Below, piece after piece: positions 49,779-59,483 of a DNA stretch of 64,000 nt; the first letter of the stretch is position 1, and every line of letters starts with the position of its first letter. Made by a program: the position numbers and the translations under genes. The notes beneath the pieces were generated by a model. That model ran no database searches. It was given only the letters and a program-made list of their open reading frames with translations, and was not told where the DNA came from. Source of the stretch: an uncultured Verrucomicrobiae bacterium (GTDB taxonomy: Bacteria > Verrucomicrobiota > Verrucomicrobiia > Chthoniobacterales > JAFAMB01); NCBI GenBank assembly GCA_963837955.1, contig CAWIPH010000002.1, positions 1,184,001 through 1,248,000 on the forward strand. Direction: 5' to 3'.

Positions 49779-50339
49779 CTACGCCAGTTTGCGCTGCTTT
49801 CGAATATGTTGATGCAAAACGAAGCCGGCAATTGCGAGAAATGGCAGAAGAAACCATTGCCAATACGCGGTCACGGGAGGCAATGCTGGGTGGACTTCCA
49901 TAATCCCTTGCACGGCGACATGTTCCGCTCCGCGCTGGACGTTGACTTGTAGTTGCCATCGTCCGTCGTACGGAATCTGGACCAGGCTGGAGTAATACAA
50001 ACGATTCGCACCGCTCGAAACCTGGAGCGGAATTTCTTGTAGATTGGCCGCCGAATTATTGATGCAAGCCGGAGGCAACCAGGCCGCTCCTCCAGTGGTC
50101 TTGGCTGGCTCCTGGGCGGAGAGCGAAACCACGACGACCGCGTCCAAAACCGGGTCTCCTGTTTTTTCTTCCTGGATAAGTGCACTCAGATCTAACTGGC
50201 CTGCTCGGCACTGTGGCGGGTCAGCGAACACGGTCACGATAAATGGTGAAACGCTTTCCCTGAACTGGACCGCGCCTCCGTCGGCCAAGCCGATCGCAGA
50301 GCTCGAGATAAAGAAGATAAGCGCGTAGATAAGCCGCAT
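49779..50339 (-). CDS. hypothetical exported, C-terminally anchored protein
   Basis: Signal peptide, beta-rich domain, C-terminal TM; 6 nt downstream of the CtaG fusion. Confidence 0.7.
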   Translation of the reverse strand: MRLIYALIFFISSSAIGLADGGAVQFRESVSPFIVTVFADPPQCRAGQLDLSALIQEEKTGDPVLDAVVVVSLSAQEPAKTTGGAAWLPPACINNSAANLQEIPLQVSSGANRLYYSSLVQIPYDGRWQLQVNVQRGAEHVAVQGIMEVHPALPPVTAYWQWFLLPFLAIAGFVLHQHIRKQRKLA

Positions 50340-50345
50340 GCGTTT

Positions 50346-52640
50346 TTACGGCGGGAAGGTCCCGCGCATCTCCATCGGTTGAAAAATGATCCAGATGGCC
50401 ACCGCAAATAATGCAAGGGTTAAGGTGCCCCAAGGCAAAAATATCAGGAACACGCGTCTAGATTTACCGACGTCGTGAGCGACCCGCCACATCGAGTAAA
50501 GCGTTGCCAGCAATCCGAGATCGATCGCGAGAAATTCCCAGTCGAGCAGTTCTGGGAAGGCCCAGGATCGAATATTCCAAGAAGGAAGCCCCAAGACGGC
50601 AAGATGAAGATCGGTAAGGAGGCGTTGGAAGACCGGAATAAATGTGTGCGAACCTACGAAAAGGTGGAACCCAAGATGGGCCAGCCACATGCTTGCGCCG
50701 AGCGGCGCTAAGGTCATCACAAAACGGTTCGTCATCTCGTACCGCGAGTTGCTGACGGACCCAAGTTTGTGGCTCATCCAGGCGCATCCAGCAATTAAGA
50801 GTGCTGGAATCACACAGATCGTAAGGCCAAAGAAGATAGCTAACTCGACTGGCCTTCCAGGAAGACCGAAATCAAGCCGTTCGTACTTGAGAAAGTTTTC
50901 GACCGGCAGAGCCATCCCGGCGGCATTGGCAAACGCGCCGAAGACCAGTACTGCGACCAAAAACGCTAAATCGCCGCGACGAGCGAAACGTCCGATGGAA
51001 GAGCGTGCCCGATCAATCCACAGCGATTTCGCTGGCAGGGTAGCGATGATTCCGACGTTGTCGTGTGGGCAGGCCCTGACGCAGTCTAAGCAAAAGGTAC
51101 AATCCAGGTTGCTCTCTTTCTTAGGCTGAAAAAGTCGTAGTTCGCACCCGCGTTGCTGCGCGTTTCCGCGAATGCAGTCGAATGTTTTGCAGGAACGACA
51201 GACGTCCTGGCTTCGCACTTTTACTTGGAAGGGCGAGACCAACGATTGGACGAAATGAAACTGGCCAATCGGACAGACATATTTACAGAAACTGGCGCCG
51301 CGAAAAAATCCATCGATGAGGAGCGCTGCGGCGAAATAGCCAACGACAATCCAGGCAGTGAGCCACGGGCTATTCCAGAGACTGAAAGCTTCGTAGCTCC
51401 AGAGGTAAAGCAGGACCAACCCACCCGCCAACCACTTGGAACGCAGTTGTCGCGGCCAATTCCAACGCGCCGGAAAGATTTTGCGTGCGATATCGCGAAC
51501 GAACGTGAAAGGGCAAGCGAAACAGAAAAAGTTACCTGCAACCAACAGCGCGAGCACGGTGAGCCCGCGCCAGTGCGTCCAGGGAAGAACTCCGGCGACG
51601 TTCATCGGCGTCAGTTGTGGCCCGAAGAATCCATCGAGAACGACCAAGATCGCCATCAGGAACATGGCGAGTTGAAGGCTGCGCCGCAGCCAGAGCGACG
51701 AAAGCAATCGTTGAATAGCCGGCTTGCCGAACAAATCGAAAGCCGGACGAGACCGGTACCGAAGAGCGGCGCGCGTGCCAGCTCGAACCGGCTGACTTCG
51801 AAGGCTCTGTGCCATCACTCGGAGTCGCCGCGGAGAAAGAAAATGCATTGTAATCACTCCGGCTGGCACCAGATAAGCGATCGATCCGGGGACCCACATG
51901 ATCGCGCCAGCGATGCTTTGGTCGCTCAGTGCCGTGATTCCGGCGAAATGAGGGACTGTTTCGTAGGTTGGATAAACGACGCGTTCGCTGAAACTGAGAA
52001 ACGCGGAGAGAGCCGTGTTTTGTATGTCAGCGAGGAGCAAATAAGGGATCATGGTCCAGCGCGGCCATTGTGGCCGGCTTGGCCACGGCTGCACTACGGG
52101 CCACCAGAAGAGCAGCGCGGAAAAGAGGAAGCAAGCATGCTCGACCTCGTGCCAGGCGTTCGAATGCAAGGTCAACTCGTATGGAGCGGGCACATGCCAG
52201 CCCAGCGTGATTGCTACATAGATGATCCAGGCGGTGCGAGGGTGGGTAAGCCAAAGCCCGAGCTGTTTGAAGGGGCGCCAGGTGAGGAAAGGACCGACTA
52301 CTTCGCGCGCGACCGGACGCGGCAGCCCGGTCAGAAGCGGTAGAAACGGGTTGCCGAGCAGAAGCAACGGCGGGGCGACCATCATGAAGATCAGGTGCTG
52401 AACCATGTGCACCTGCAAAAGGAGATTAGCAAAGCTATCGAGGGGCGATGCAATCGCAATAAACAGAGCGAACAGTCCGCCAAGGAAGCAGGCCAACCGC
52501 GAGCCATCGAATCGATGCGGAGCAAGCCGGCGGAGCTTTAGCCATCCTCTAAGATAAAGGACAGCGGTCAGCACCAGTGCAACGGTTGGTTCTAAGCTAA
52601 TCGACCAGGAACCGAAGATCGCATTGGAAACATCTGGCAT
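50346..52640 (-). CDS. Caa3-type CtaG assembly domain fused to a membrane 4Fe-4S (NapH/MauN-like) domain
   Basis: VHMVQH...WHVP...HEVEH...IMWVPG; CFACP, FCKYVCP, CRSCKTFDC, CTFCLDCVRACP. Confidence 0.82.
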   Translation of the reverse strand: MPDVSNAIFGSWSISLEPTVALVLTAVLYLRGWLKLRRLAPHRFDGSRLACFLGGLFALFIAIASPLDSFANLLLQVHMVQHLIFMMVAPPLLLLGNPFLPLLTGLPRPVAREVVGPFLTWRPFKQLGLWLTHPRTAWIIYVAITLGWHVPAPYELTLHSNAWHEVEHACFLFSALLFWWPVVQPWPSRPQWPRWTMIPYLLLADIQNTALSAFLSFSERVVYPTYETVPHFAGITALSDQSIAGAIMWVPGSIAYLVPAGVITMHFLSPRRLRVMAQSLRSQPVRAGTRAALRYRSRPAFDLFGKPAIQRLLSSLWLRRSLQLAMFLMAILVVLDGFFGPQLTPMNVAGVLPWTHWRGLTVLALLVAGNFFCFACPFTFVRDIARKIFPARWNWPRQLRSKWLAGGLVLLYLWSYEAFSLWNSPWLTAWIVVGYFAAALLIDGFFRGASFCKYVCPIGQFHFVQSLVSPFQVKVRSQDVCRSCKTFDCIRGNAQQRGCELRLFQPKKESNLDCTFCLDCVRACPHDNVGIIATLPAKSLWIDRARSSIGRFARRGDLAFLVAVLVFGAFANAAGMALPVENFLKYERLDFGLPGRPVELAIFFGLTICVIPALLIAGCAWMSHKLGSVSNSRYEMTNRFVMTLAPLGASMWLAHLGFHLFVGSHTFIPVFQRLLTDLHLAVLGLPSWNIRSWAFPELLDWEFLAIDLGLLATLYSMWRVAHDVGKSRRVFLIFLPWGTLTLALFAVAIWIIFQPMEMRGTFPP

Positions 52641-52788
52641 GGATTGGACAACAGCAGCCTCACTCTAACCCGGAAATTTCGTTCGGCAGCAGTCGGGCGA
52701 AATTTTCACTGGACTATTTTGCTACAAAGGATCTCTGGCATACGGTATGCCAGGACGGTTCGCACGCGGAAACCATTGGGAAAGTCAC

Positions 52789-53379
52789 ATGGAATTTGAA
52801 GCTCGATTTCAGCAAGTCTTGCGAAGATTTGACGACGAGAACGCACGCGACCCAAACTTAGTTACCATTGCGGGTACTGCGCTGCCGCGAGAACTGTTCT
52901 ACGCACAAAGGCTCACGGAGTGGGTTTTGCGGCTTTCCCCGGAAGCTTCGGAAGCTCTGCGGTTGGCCGCCCGTTGTCAGCACATCTGTCGCTGGATGAT
53001 TCCCAGAAATTCGCATCCGATGACCCGGGCAGGCTACTTGCGATGGCGCGAGGAGTTGAAGAGTTTTCACGCGCAGAAATCAACTGAGATCCTGCGGGAA
53101 GCCGGCTACCCGGAAGAGATGATCGCGCGCGTGCGCGAGCTGAATTTAAAAAAGAATTTGGGTAAAGATCCTGAGTGCCAGGTATTGGAAGACGCCCTCT
53201 GTCTCGTGACGCTGCAATATCAACTCGGCGACTTAATGGACAAAACTGAGCCAGATAAGATGGTCGCGATCCTGCAAAAGACATGGAAAAAAATGTCCCC
53301 GGCGGGCCGGAAAGAAGCGCTCGGGCTGTCGTTTTCCGAACGGGAGAGAGAACTGATTTCAAAGCTTAGAATTGCTTAA
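52789..53379 (+). CDS. DUF4202-like protein
   Basis: DDENARDPN, RCQHICRWMIPR..GYLRWR, LEDALCL, KTWKKMS. Confidence 0.78.
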   Translation: MEFEARFQQVLRRFDDENARDPNLVTIAGTALPRELFYAQRLTEWVLRLSPEASEALRLAARCQHICRWMIPRNSHPMTRAGYLRWREELKSFHAQKSTEILREAGYPEEMIARVRELNLKKNLGKDPECQVLEDALCLVTLQYQLGDLMDKTEPDKMVAILQKTWKKMSPAGRKEALGLSFSERERELISKLRIA

Positions 53380-53481
53380 GATAGGATTGAACAGGAGCTA
53401 ACAGAGGAAACAGAGGGCTGGAACCGGAGGCGTCTCGACTAGGAGGGCAGTCGGCGCTACCAATCGCGTCTTCGCTTGCGG

Positions 53482-55008
53482 CTATGGCCCACCTTTCTCT
53501 GCTTTGGCGATCGTATCGTCACCCCTCGATTGGGATCCCGAGCGCATCTCATCGATGGGAGCTAGTGGCCCTATTGCCTCGCGAGCTGCCGGAACATTGG
53601 GCGGGTGCAACGAAGAGAGATAAGCGACTAAGGCATGTACTTCTGCGGGCGAAAGATTTTTTCCGTACGCCGGCATATTACCGCCTCCTTGGATCACTTG
53701 GCGAACGAGTTGGGGGGAAGTCATTCGCGTAGCCACTATCGTCAAATCGGGTCCTCGGCTGCCTCCCTGGTGATCGATTGCATGACAGTTGCGGCATTGC
53801 TTATTCTGAAAAACAAGAGCTCCTTGGAGTTCCAGCGGCGTTCGGTCTTTCAAGAACTGCGGTTTTAGCTCCAGGCTTCTCCAAGCTTCCATATGAGGAG
53901 ACCAGGGACCGGTCATCCCGGCGTAAGTGAGCATTCCAACTACCAGGAAGGTGACGACCACTGTCAATACGGCAATTGGCCGGCGGCGCCAGCTCTTCTC
54001 ACCTTCGTTGGATATGAAGGGGAGCGCAAAAAGCAGAATCGCAGCCAATGTCGGGAGAACGAAAAAGAGCAGCACTTCCGAGCCATTCGGCATAAGGGCG
54101 GCTGCGGCGAAGAGAAAAAGGAAGGCGTCATCCGGTTTGGCTTCGGTAATGACCGCACTTGGATCAGCCGGAATGCCAGGTCCTTTTGGACCAACGAACA
54201 GAGCGAGGCCAATGATGACCAGCAGAAGGATGCCATTTGCCACCGCATCCTTGCTGAAGGCCCCGGGGATAAACGGAACTCCTTCGCGTTTGATGATTTC
54301 TTTATAATGGGCGTCGTAAGTCTCGCGCTTCACCAAGACACCTGGCTTCGGTGCCTCATTGATACCTTTGCTCAAGACCAGGCGGAGATGGAGGCTTAGA
54401 AAGGCGAGGATTGCTCCGGGAAGAATGAAGACGTGTAAGGAAAAAAATCGCGACAAGGCTTCGCTCCCGATAATCGGGCCACCGAGCAGAAGATGGACCA
54501 GTGAGTCACCGATGAACGGGATTCGTCCCAGCACGGCTGCGCCGATGCCGAGTCCCCAGTAGGCATCGGCATCGAAGCGCATGACTTGCCCGGAGAAGGC
54601 GAGACCGAGAGTAATGAAGAGCAACACACATCCCGACATCCAGGTCATCTCGCGCGGATATTTATAGGCTCCCCAAAGGAAAACCTGGGTCATATGCAAG
54701 ATCATGAGGATGACCATGCAATTCGAACCCCAGTAGTGCATGCCTCGCAGAACCCATCCTAGTTGTTGTTCGTAGTTTAAGCGTTCCAGAGTGTGGTAGG
54801 CTTCCGCGGCCGAAGGCACGTAGACCATGGCCAGGAAAATCCCGGTCAAGATCTGAATGACCAAACAAAGCATGGTCATACTGCCGAAGGTATAGAACCA
54901 GCTGCCGGTACTCTTCGGGACGGGGTGACCTGCGGTCTGCTCCCAGAGCTTAACGAAGTGGACGCGGTCCTCGATCCAAAGCGCGACCTTACGAAGAGTC
55001 TCCATCAT
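53482..55008 (-). CDS. cytochrome b with fused subunit IV and C-terminal c-type cytochrome
   Basis: QILTGIFL, RGMHYW, LHMTQV, RFFSLHVF..LHL; CRNCH heme c motif, GNMP. Confidence 0.9.
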   Translation of the reverse strand: MMETLRKVALWIEDRVHFVKLWEQTAGHPVPKSTGSWFYTFGSMTMLCLVIQILTGIFLAMVYVPSAAEAYHTLERLNYEQQLGWVLRGMHYWGSNCMVILMILHMTQVFLWGAYKYPREMTWMSGCVLLFITLGLAFSGQVMRFDADAYWGLGIGAAVLGRIPFIGDSLVHLLLGGPIIGSEALSRFFSLHVFILPGAILAFLSLHLRLVLSKGINEAPKPGVLVKRETYDAHYKEIIKREGVPFIPGAFSKDAVANGILLLVIIGLALFVGPKGPGIPADPSAVITEAKPDDAFLFLFAAAALMPNGSEVLLFFVLPTLAAILLFALPFISNEGEKSWRRRPIAVLTVVVTFLVVGMLTYAGMTGPWSPHMEAWRSLELKPQFLKDRTPLELQGALVFQNKQCRNCHAIDHQGGSRGPDLTIVATRMTSPQLVRQVIQGGGNMPAYGKNLSPAEVHALVAYLSSLHPPNVPAAREAIGPLAPIDEMRSGSQSRGDDTIAKAEKGGP

Positions 55009-55580
55009 GTTGTTCGTCCTGAATCGACTAAGGTTCCCGGATCGGCCAGAGTCGGTAATACACCGGCCTTAATAGCAAGCTCTCCTTTTTCGATCTTAAA
55101 TGCGTATTGATAAAGAGCGTGCGGGGGCGGTCCGGCGGCATGAGATCCATCTTCATAAAAGGCGCCGCCGTGGCATGGGCAAAGGAAAAGCTTGGATTGT
55201 TCAAACCAGCGCACCGGGCAGCCCAGGTGAGTGCAATTCACGGCGAACACCCTGAAATCTTGTTCGGAGTTACGCTGCACCCAACACGGTATATGAGCGG
55301 TCTGACCGTCTGCCGGTATTCTGTAGGGATTCTCATAAGCAACCATCCGAGTCGTACCGACTTTGAATTGGTCGACCGGACCGAGCGAGATCCAGGTTGG
55401 TTCTGCTCTTTTAACGATGGCTGAGATTACGAAACCAATGATCGGGATGCTGATCATCGCGCCGGCGATGACGTCCAAGCCGATTCCGAGTTTGAGCAGA
55501 AAATCCCTTCGGGAGGAGCGATAATCAAATTTAGGAAAATCGTGAGAATCGTTGCTGGGATGTGGATCTTCGGAGGCCAT
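55005..55580 (-). CDS. Rieske iron-sulfur subunit
   Basis: Tat motif SRRDFL, CTHLGC, CPCHGG, AGPPP. Confidence 0.93.
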   Translation of the reverse strand: MASEDPHPSNDSHDFPKFDYRSSRRDFLLKLGIGLDVIAGAMISIPIIGFVISAIVKRAEPTWISLGPVDQFKVGTTRMVAYENPYRIPADGQTAHIPCWVQRNSEQDFRVFAVNCTHLGCPVRWFEQSKLFLCPCHGGAFYEDGSHAAGPPPHALYQYAFKIEKGELAIKAGVLPTLADPGTLVDSGRTT

Positions 55581-55583
55581 AAG

Positions 55584-56318
55584 CTAAGGATTGGGACTGG
55601 CGCTAGGGTTGGCACTAGCGTCCTGCCCAACATTCGAGGTGTTGCGATGGGAAACCAGCCAGCCGACGATATCGGCGATATCTTGGTCCGACATCGGCTG
55701 GTTCGACACTAAACTCTGGTAATTGGGCATGCCCAATTCCGGGCGGCCGGCGATCGTGACGCTGCGCAAATATTGATCGGAAACCAGATGGAGATAGTCC
55801 GGTTGCAGGATCGAACCAGCCTTTCCGGTCTGGCCAATCTGTCCATGACAGCCGGCGCAGAAGCGATTGTAAACTTCACTGCCACGATTCGCATCGCCCA
55901 ATGCGGCAGAATAGGGTGGAAGATTGGTTTTGGTGATCTGGGCGGACTTTCCCCAGTCAAGAATTCCATTCACGACGATGTCGAGCTGCTCGTCGGTCAG
56001 CTCGCCCCCGTTCGCCTTCAAGAACCCGGGCATAGTCGTTCCCTGAACCCCTTCAGCGGTGATCTTCCGCAGGACATCCCGCGGGATGATGGCGAGGTAC
56101 AGAGGGTCGCGCAGAGAAATTGACGCTCCAATATTTGTCTCGCCGGCATGGCAGGCTCGGCAATTCTGCTCGAAGAGCACCGTGAAATTTTTTTCTGCTT
56201 CCGGGGGCTTCCAGCGGTCGCTCTGCTTTGGTTTTCCTGGAAGTTGATCGCAGCTCGATAGCACGACCACGCCGGCAGCGGTACAGAGTGCGAACAGAAA
56301 GAGCTTGGACATGGCCAT
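55584..56318 (-). CDS. diheme c-type cytochrome (probable lipoprotein)
   Basis: LSSC lipobox-like, CRACH and CAGCH. Confidence 0.88.
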   Translation of the reverse strand: MAMSKLFLFALCTAAGVVVLSSCDQLPGKPKQSDRWKPPEAEKNFTVLFEQNCRACHAGETNIGASISLRDPLYLAIIPRDVLRKITAEGVQGTTMPGFLKANGGELTDEQLDIVVNGILDWGKSAQITKTNLPPYSAALGDANRGSEVYNRFCAGCHGQIGQTGKAGSILQPDYLHLVSDQYLRSVTIAGRPELGMPNYQSLVSNQPMSDQDIADIVGWLVSHRNTSNVGQDASANPSASPNP

Positions 56319-57163
56319 CAGTCTTCCTTTTCCATCGCGTGCACGCCCATTCGGGCCGCAATTGGCCAAGTCTGCATGGTTTCCACTTTCGCAGATTTGA
56401 AAACGACGTAGCCCCCGACCACGCCGAATGAAATCTGACAGATGATGAACCAGGGCCAATCAACTCGAGCGGCCAAAGCCGGGTTAACAATATCAAACAT
56501 CGGATAGAGCAGCGCCGTCCAGATGATCGGAATCATGATCCCGCCCCAGAACCATTCGAAACGGGCTGGTAGCATCGGGAGGATCACGGTGTACAGCATT
56601 CCAATGCCTATCGAGAGAAGGCCATGACTGAGGACGGCGATGACAAAGGAGAGTGCATTGAATTGATTCAAGGTTTGGATATCCGCGGTCGCCATGGAAG
56701 GTAGAGCGGCTGCGGCCAACAAATTGATCGGATACCAGATGCTGTGCTGGAAGAGCAGTCCATAGAGCATCGCCAAAACTGCCATCGCGGCACCCCCGGC
56801 CAAACCGCCGAAAATTCCGGAGGAGTAACGGTGAACCCGGATCGGATAATAGGCTCTGTGACCGCCGACGCCTAAAGCAAGATGGCTGATGCGTCGCGGT
56901 GATAGCTTGATTGGAGCCGCTCTGCGGGCGGGCTCCACGTAAGGGTAAACTTCATGTTGCGGGACAGGAAAAACCTCTCGAAACCAGCCGATGCCGCCGA
57001 CCAGCGCGGTGAGTATCCCAGCTAGACTAATGACGATGCTGGTGACCAATCCAGCGGCGATGAGCATGATACCCAAGGCGGTCACTAATGGCCACGCAGT
57101 AGGAGTGGGGAGTTCGACCCCGTCGGGATGTTGATGTTCCGGATCGGTATCCATACGCGTCAC
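56318..57163 (-). CDS. polytopic membrane protein (oxidase accessory / subunit IV-like N-terminus)
   Basis: LPTPTAWPL motif, about 6 TM; overlaps both neighbours. Confidence 0.7.
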   Translation of the reverse strand: MTRMDTDPEHQHPDGVELPTPTAWPLVTALGIMLIAAGLVTSIVISLAGILTALVGGIGWFREVFPVPQHEVYPYVEPARRAAPIKLSPRRISHLALGVGGHRAYYPIRVHRYSSGIFGGLAGGAAMAVLAMLYGLLFQHSIWYPINLLAAAALPSMATADIQTLNQFNALSFVIAVLSHGLLSIGIGMLYTVILPMLPARFEWFWGGIMIPIIWTALLYPMFDIVNPALAARVDWPWFIICQISFGVVGGYVVFKSAKVETMQTWPIAARMGVHAMEKED

Positions 57164-57756
57164 GAATATTTACTGATTACGTAAACGACGGTGAGCACGA
57201 CTGCCCAAATCCCGTCCACAAAATGCCAGTACCAGGAAATCATTTCGACGTGCTCATGGTGCCGATGTTGCAGCTTGCCGAGCAGGCTGGAAATGAGGAC
57301 CATGGAAAGCAGCAAAACCCCGACGACGACGTGGCTGGCGTGTAAGCCGACGAGGGAATAATAAGTCGAACCGAACAGGTTCGTACTAATCGTCAAACCG
57401 TCATCGTAGATTAGTTTGTGCCATTCAAAGCCAGTGTAGATCAGAAATCCGATACCGAGCAAAACCGTCAACAGCCACCAAAGATGAAAGCCGGCTGCTG
57501 CGCCCTTCTTCAACATACGCTCGGCCATGACGATCGTGCCGCTGCTCGAAAAAAGTAGAATCGAGCCAAGCCAAGGAATTTCCAGGACATCCCGCGGATA
57601 GGGCGGATTGAGGCTTTTTCCCATGTAAAACAGGTAGGCAACCACAAAGATGGTGAAGAGGGCAGACTCCGTTAGGATTACGAGGATCATGCCGACCTTC
57701 CGGGGAGAGGGCAGCTTCCATTCGGCTTCGTCGGCAGCGAGGTATTCAGTGCTCAC
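57160..57756 (-). CDS. ctaE: cytochrome c oxidase subunit III
   Basis: ILTESALF, GLHASHV, WYWHFVD. Confidence 0.92.
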   Translation of the reverse strand: MSTEYLAADEAEWKLPSPRKVGMILVILTESALFTIFVVAYLFYMGKSLNPPYPRDVLEIPWLGSILLFSSSGTIVMAERMLKKGAAAGFHLWWLLTVLLGIGFLIYTGFEWHKLIYDDGLTISTNLFGSTYYSLVGLHASHVVVGVLLLSMVLISSLLGKLQHRHHEHVEMISWYWHFVDGIWAVVLTVVYVISKYS

Positions 57757-57774
57757 GTTGGTAAGGCAGAAGAG

Positions 57775-59478
57775 TTATTCGAATTTCCAGTCCGGATCTT
57801 CCGGATGTTTCAGATCCCAGACTGGGCGCCGGCTTTTCACTTCCGGTAGCTTTTCGAAATTGTAATCGGGCGGCGGAGAGGAAGTGGCCCACTCGAGCGT
57901 CCAGCCGTCCCACGGATCATCTCCGGCGATGGCACCTTTGCGGGCCGATACGATGAGATTGATGATAAAGAGGATCGCTGCGATCCCCTGGATAAACGCG
58001 CCGATGGTTGAGATCAGATTCCAGATCTCCCAGCCTCGGCCCGGCTGATAGGTATAGATGCGGCGAGGCATTCCTAGAATGCCGGAGATATGCTGAGGGT
58101 CAAACGTCAGGTGAAAACCGATGGTGAAGAGCCAAAAATGCCAGAGTCCTAATTGCTTGTTCAGCATCCGGCCGAATGCTTTCGGGTACCAATAATACGT
58201 CGCCGAAAAGACCGCAAAAATGATTCCGCCAACGATCACATAATGGAAATGCGCGATGACAAAATAGGAATCGTTCAGTTGCCAATCGAATGGGGCAACA
58301 CCCATCATGACTCCGGTCAACCCGGCAATTAAAAACTGGAACAGGAAAGCGATCGCGAAGAGCATCGGGATCTCGAGCCGAATCTTTCCGCCAAACATTG
58401 TTGCCAACCAGTTAAAGATTTTAATCCCGGTCGGGATCGCGATGACCAGCGTAGCGAAGGCGAAAAAAGTGACGCTGTAGGAGTCCATCCCGATAGTGAA
58501 CATGTGATGTGCCCAGACCCCAGCACTCACGAATCCAATCATTAAGGTGGCAGCCACCATCATTGGGTAACCGAAGATCGGTTTCCGGGAGAAGACAGGC
58601 ACGACTTCGGATATTACGCCGAAAGCAGGTAACACGAGGATATAGACCTCGGGATGTCCGAAGATCCAGAAGAAGTGCTGCCACAAAATTGCCGAACCAC
58701 CGGCTTGAGTCTCGAAAAACTTGGCGCCGCAAAATCGCTCCAAAACCAGCATGATCTGGGCAGCCGAAAGCGGTGGTAGAAAAGTAACCACGAGAAACAT
58801 GGTTACCAGACTTAGCCAGACAAAGAGTGGCATCCGGTACAGCGTCATTCCTTTGCAACGATAACAAAAGATAGTCACCATGATATTCAGACCGCCGGTG
58901 ACGCTACCGACCCCGGTGACCAGGAGACCCAAGGACCAATAGTCAACACTGGACCCGGGTGAAAACGAGCGGGAAGTGAGCGGAGCAAGAGCAAACCAGG
59001 CGACATCTGGCGCGGCGCCAGCGCCGTAGAGACCGGGAGCGCCGACGTAACTAAAAAACATCAGGCAGGCACCGAAAAAAGTCAGCCAGAACGAAAAAGC
59101 GTTCAGGCGGGGAAACGCCATATCGCGCGCTCCGATCTGCAGCGGGACCATATAATTCGCGAGGCCAAAGATCATTGGCATCGCGACAAAGAAAATCATC
59201 GCGGTCCCGTGCATGGTGAAGAGGCTATTAAAGGCCTGAGGCGAGACCAGGTGATTATTGGGGACAGCGAGTTGAGTCCGGATTATCGCTGCCATCGTCC
59301 CGGCAACGATGAAAAAGAGCCAACCCATCCCGAGATACATCAGCCCGAGCTTCTTGTGATCGACAGTGAAAACGAGATCCTGAATCCAGCCTGTCAACGT
59401 CCCGTGTTCTTCTCCGGGTCTCGCCGGGTTGGCTTCGGTGCCGATCTCTTTGGTAATAATAGAAGTACCGTTGGCCAT
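57775..59478 (-). CDS. ctaD: cytochrome c oxidase subunit I (A1 type)
   Basis: FTMHG, GHPEVY, WAHHMF, AHFHY, MPRR. Confidence 0.96.
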   Translation of the reverse strand: MANGTSIITKEIGTEANPARPGEEHGTLTGWIQDLVFTVDHKKLGLMYLGMGWLFFIVAGTMAAIIRTQLAVPNNHLVSPQAFNSLFTMHGTAMIFFVAMPMIFGLANYMVPLQIGARDMAFPRLNAFSFWLTFFGACLMFFSYVGAPGLYGAGAAPDVAWFALAPLTSRSFSPGSSVDYWSLGLLVTGVGSVTGGLNIMVTIFCYRCKGMTLYRMPLFVWLSLVTMFLVVTFLPPLSAAQIMLVLERFCGAKFFETQAGGSAILWQHFFWIFGHPEVYILVLPAFGVISEVVPVFSRKPIFGYPMMVAATLMIGFVSAGVWAHHMFTIGMDSYSVTFFAFATLVIAIPTGIKIFNWLATMFGGKIRLEIPMLFAIAFLFQFLIAGLTGVMMGVAPFDWQLNDSYFVIAHFHYVIVGGIIFAVFSATYYWYPKAFGRMLNKQLGLWHFWLFTIGFHLTFDPQHISGILGMPRRIYTYQPGRGWEIWNLISTIGAFIQGIAAILFIINLIVSARKGAIAGDDPWDGWTLEWATSSPPPDYNFEKLPEVKSRRPVWDLKHPEDPDWKFE

Positions 59479-59483
59479 CGTCG

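Noticed and set aside
51153..52343. 396-aa plus-strand ORF (also 48007-48912)
   Set aside because: Antisense shadows of well-supported minus-strand genes
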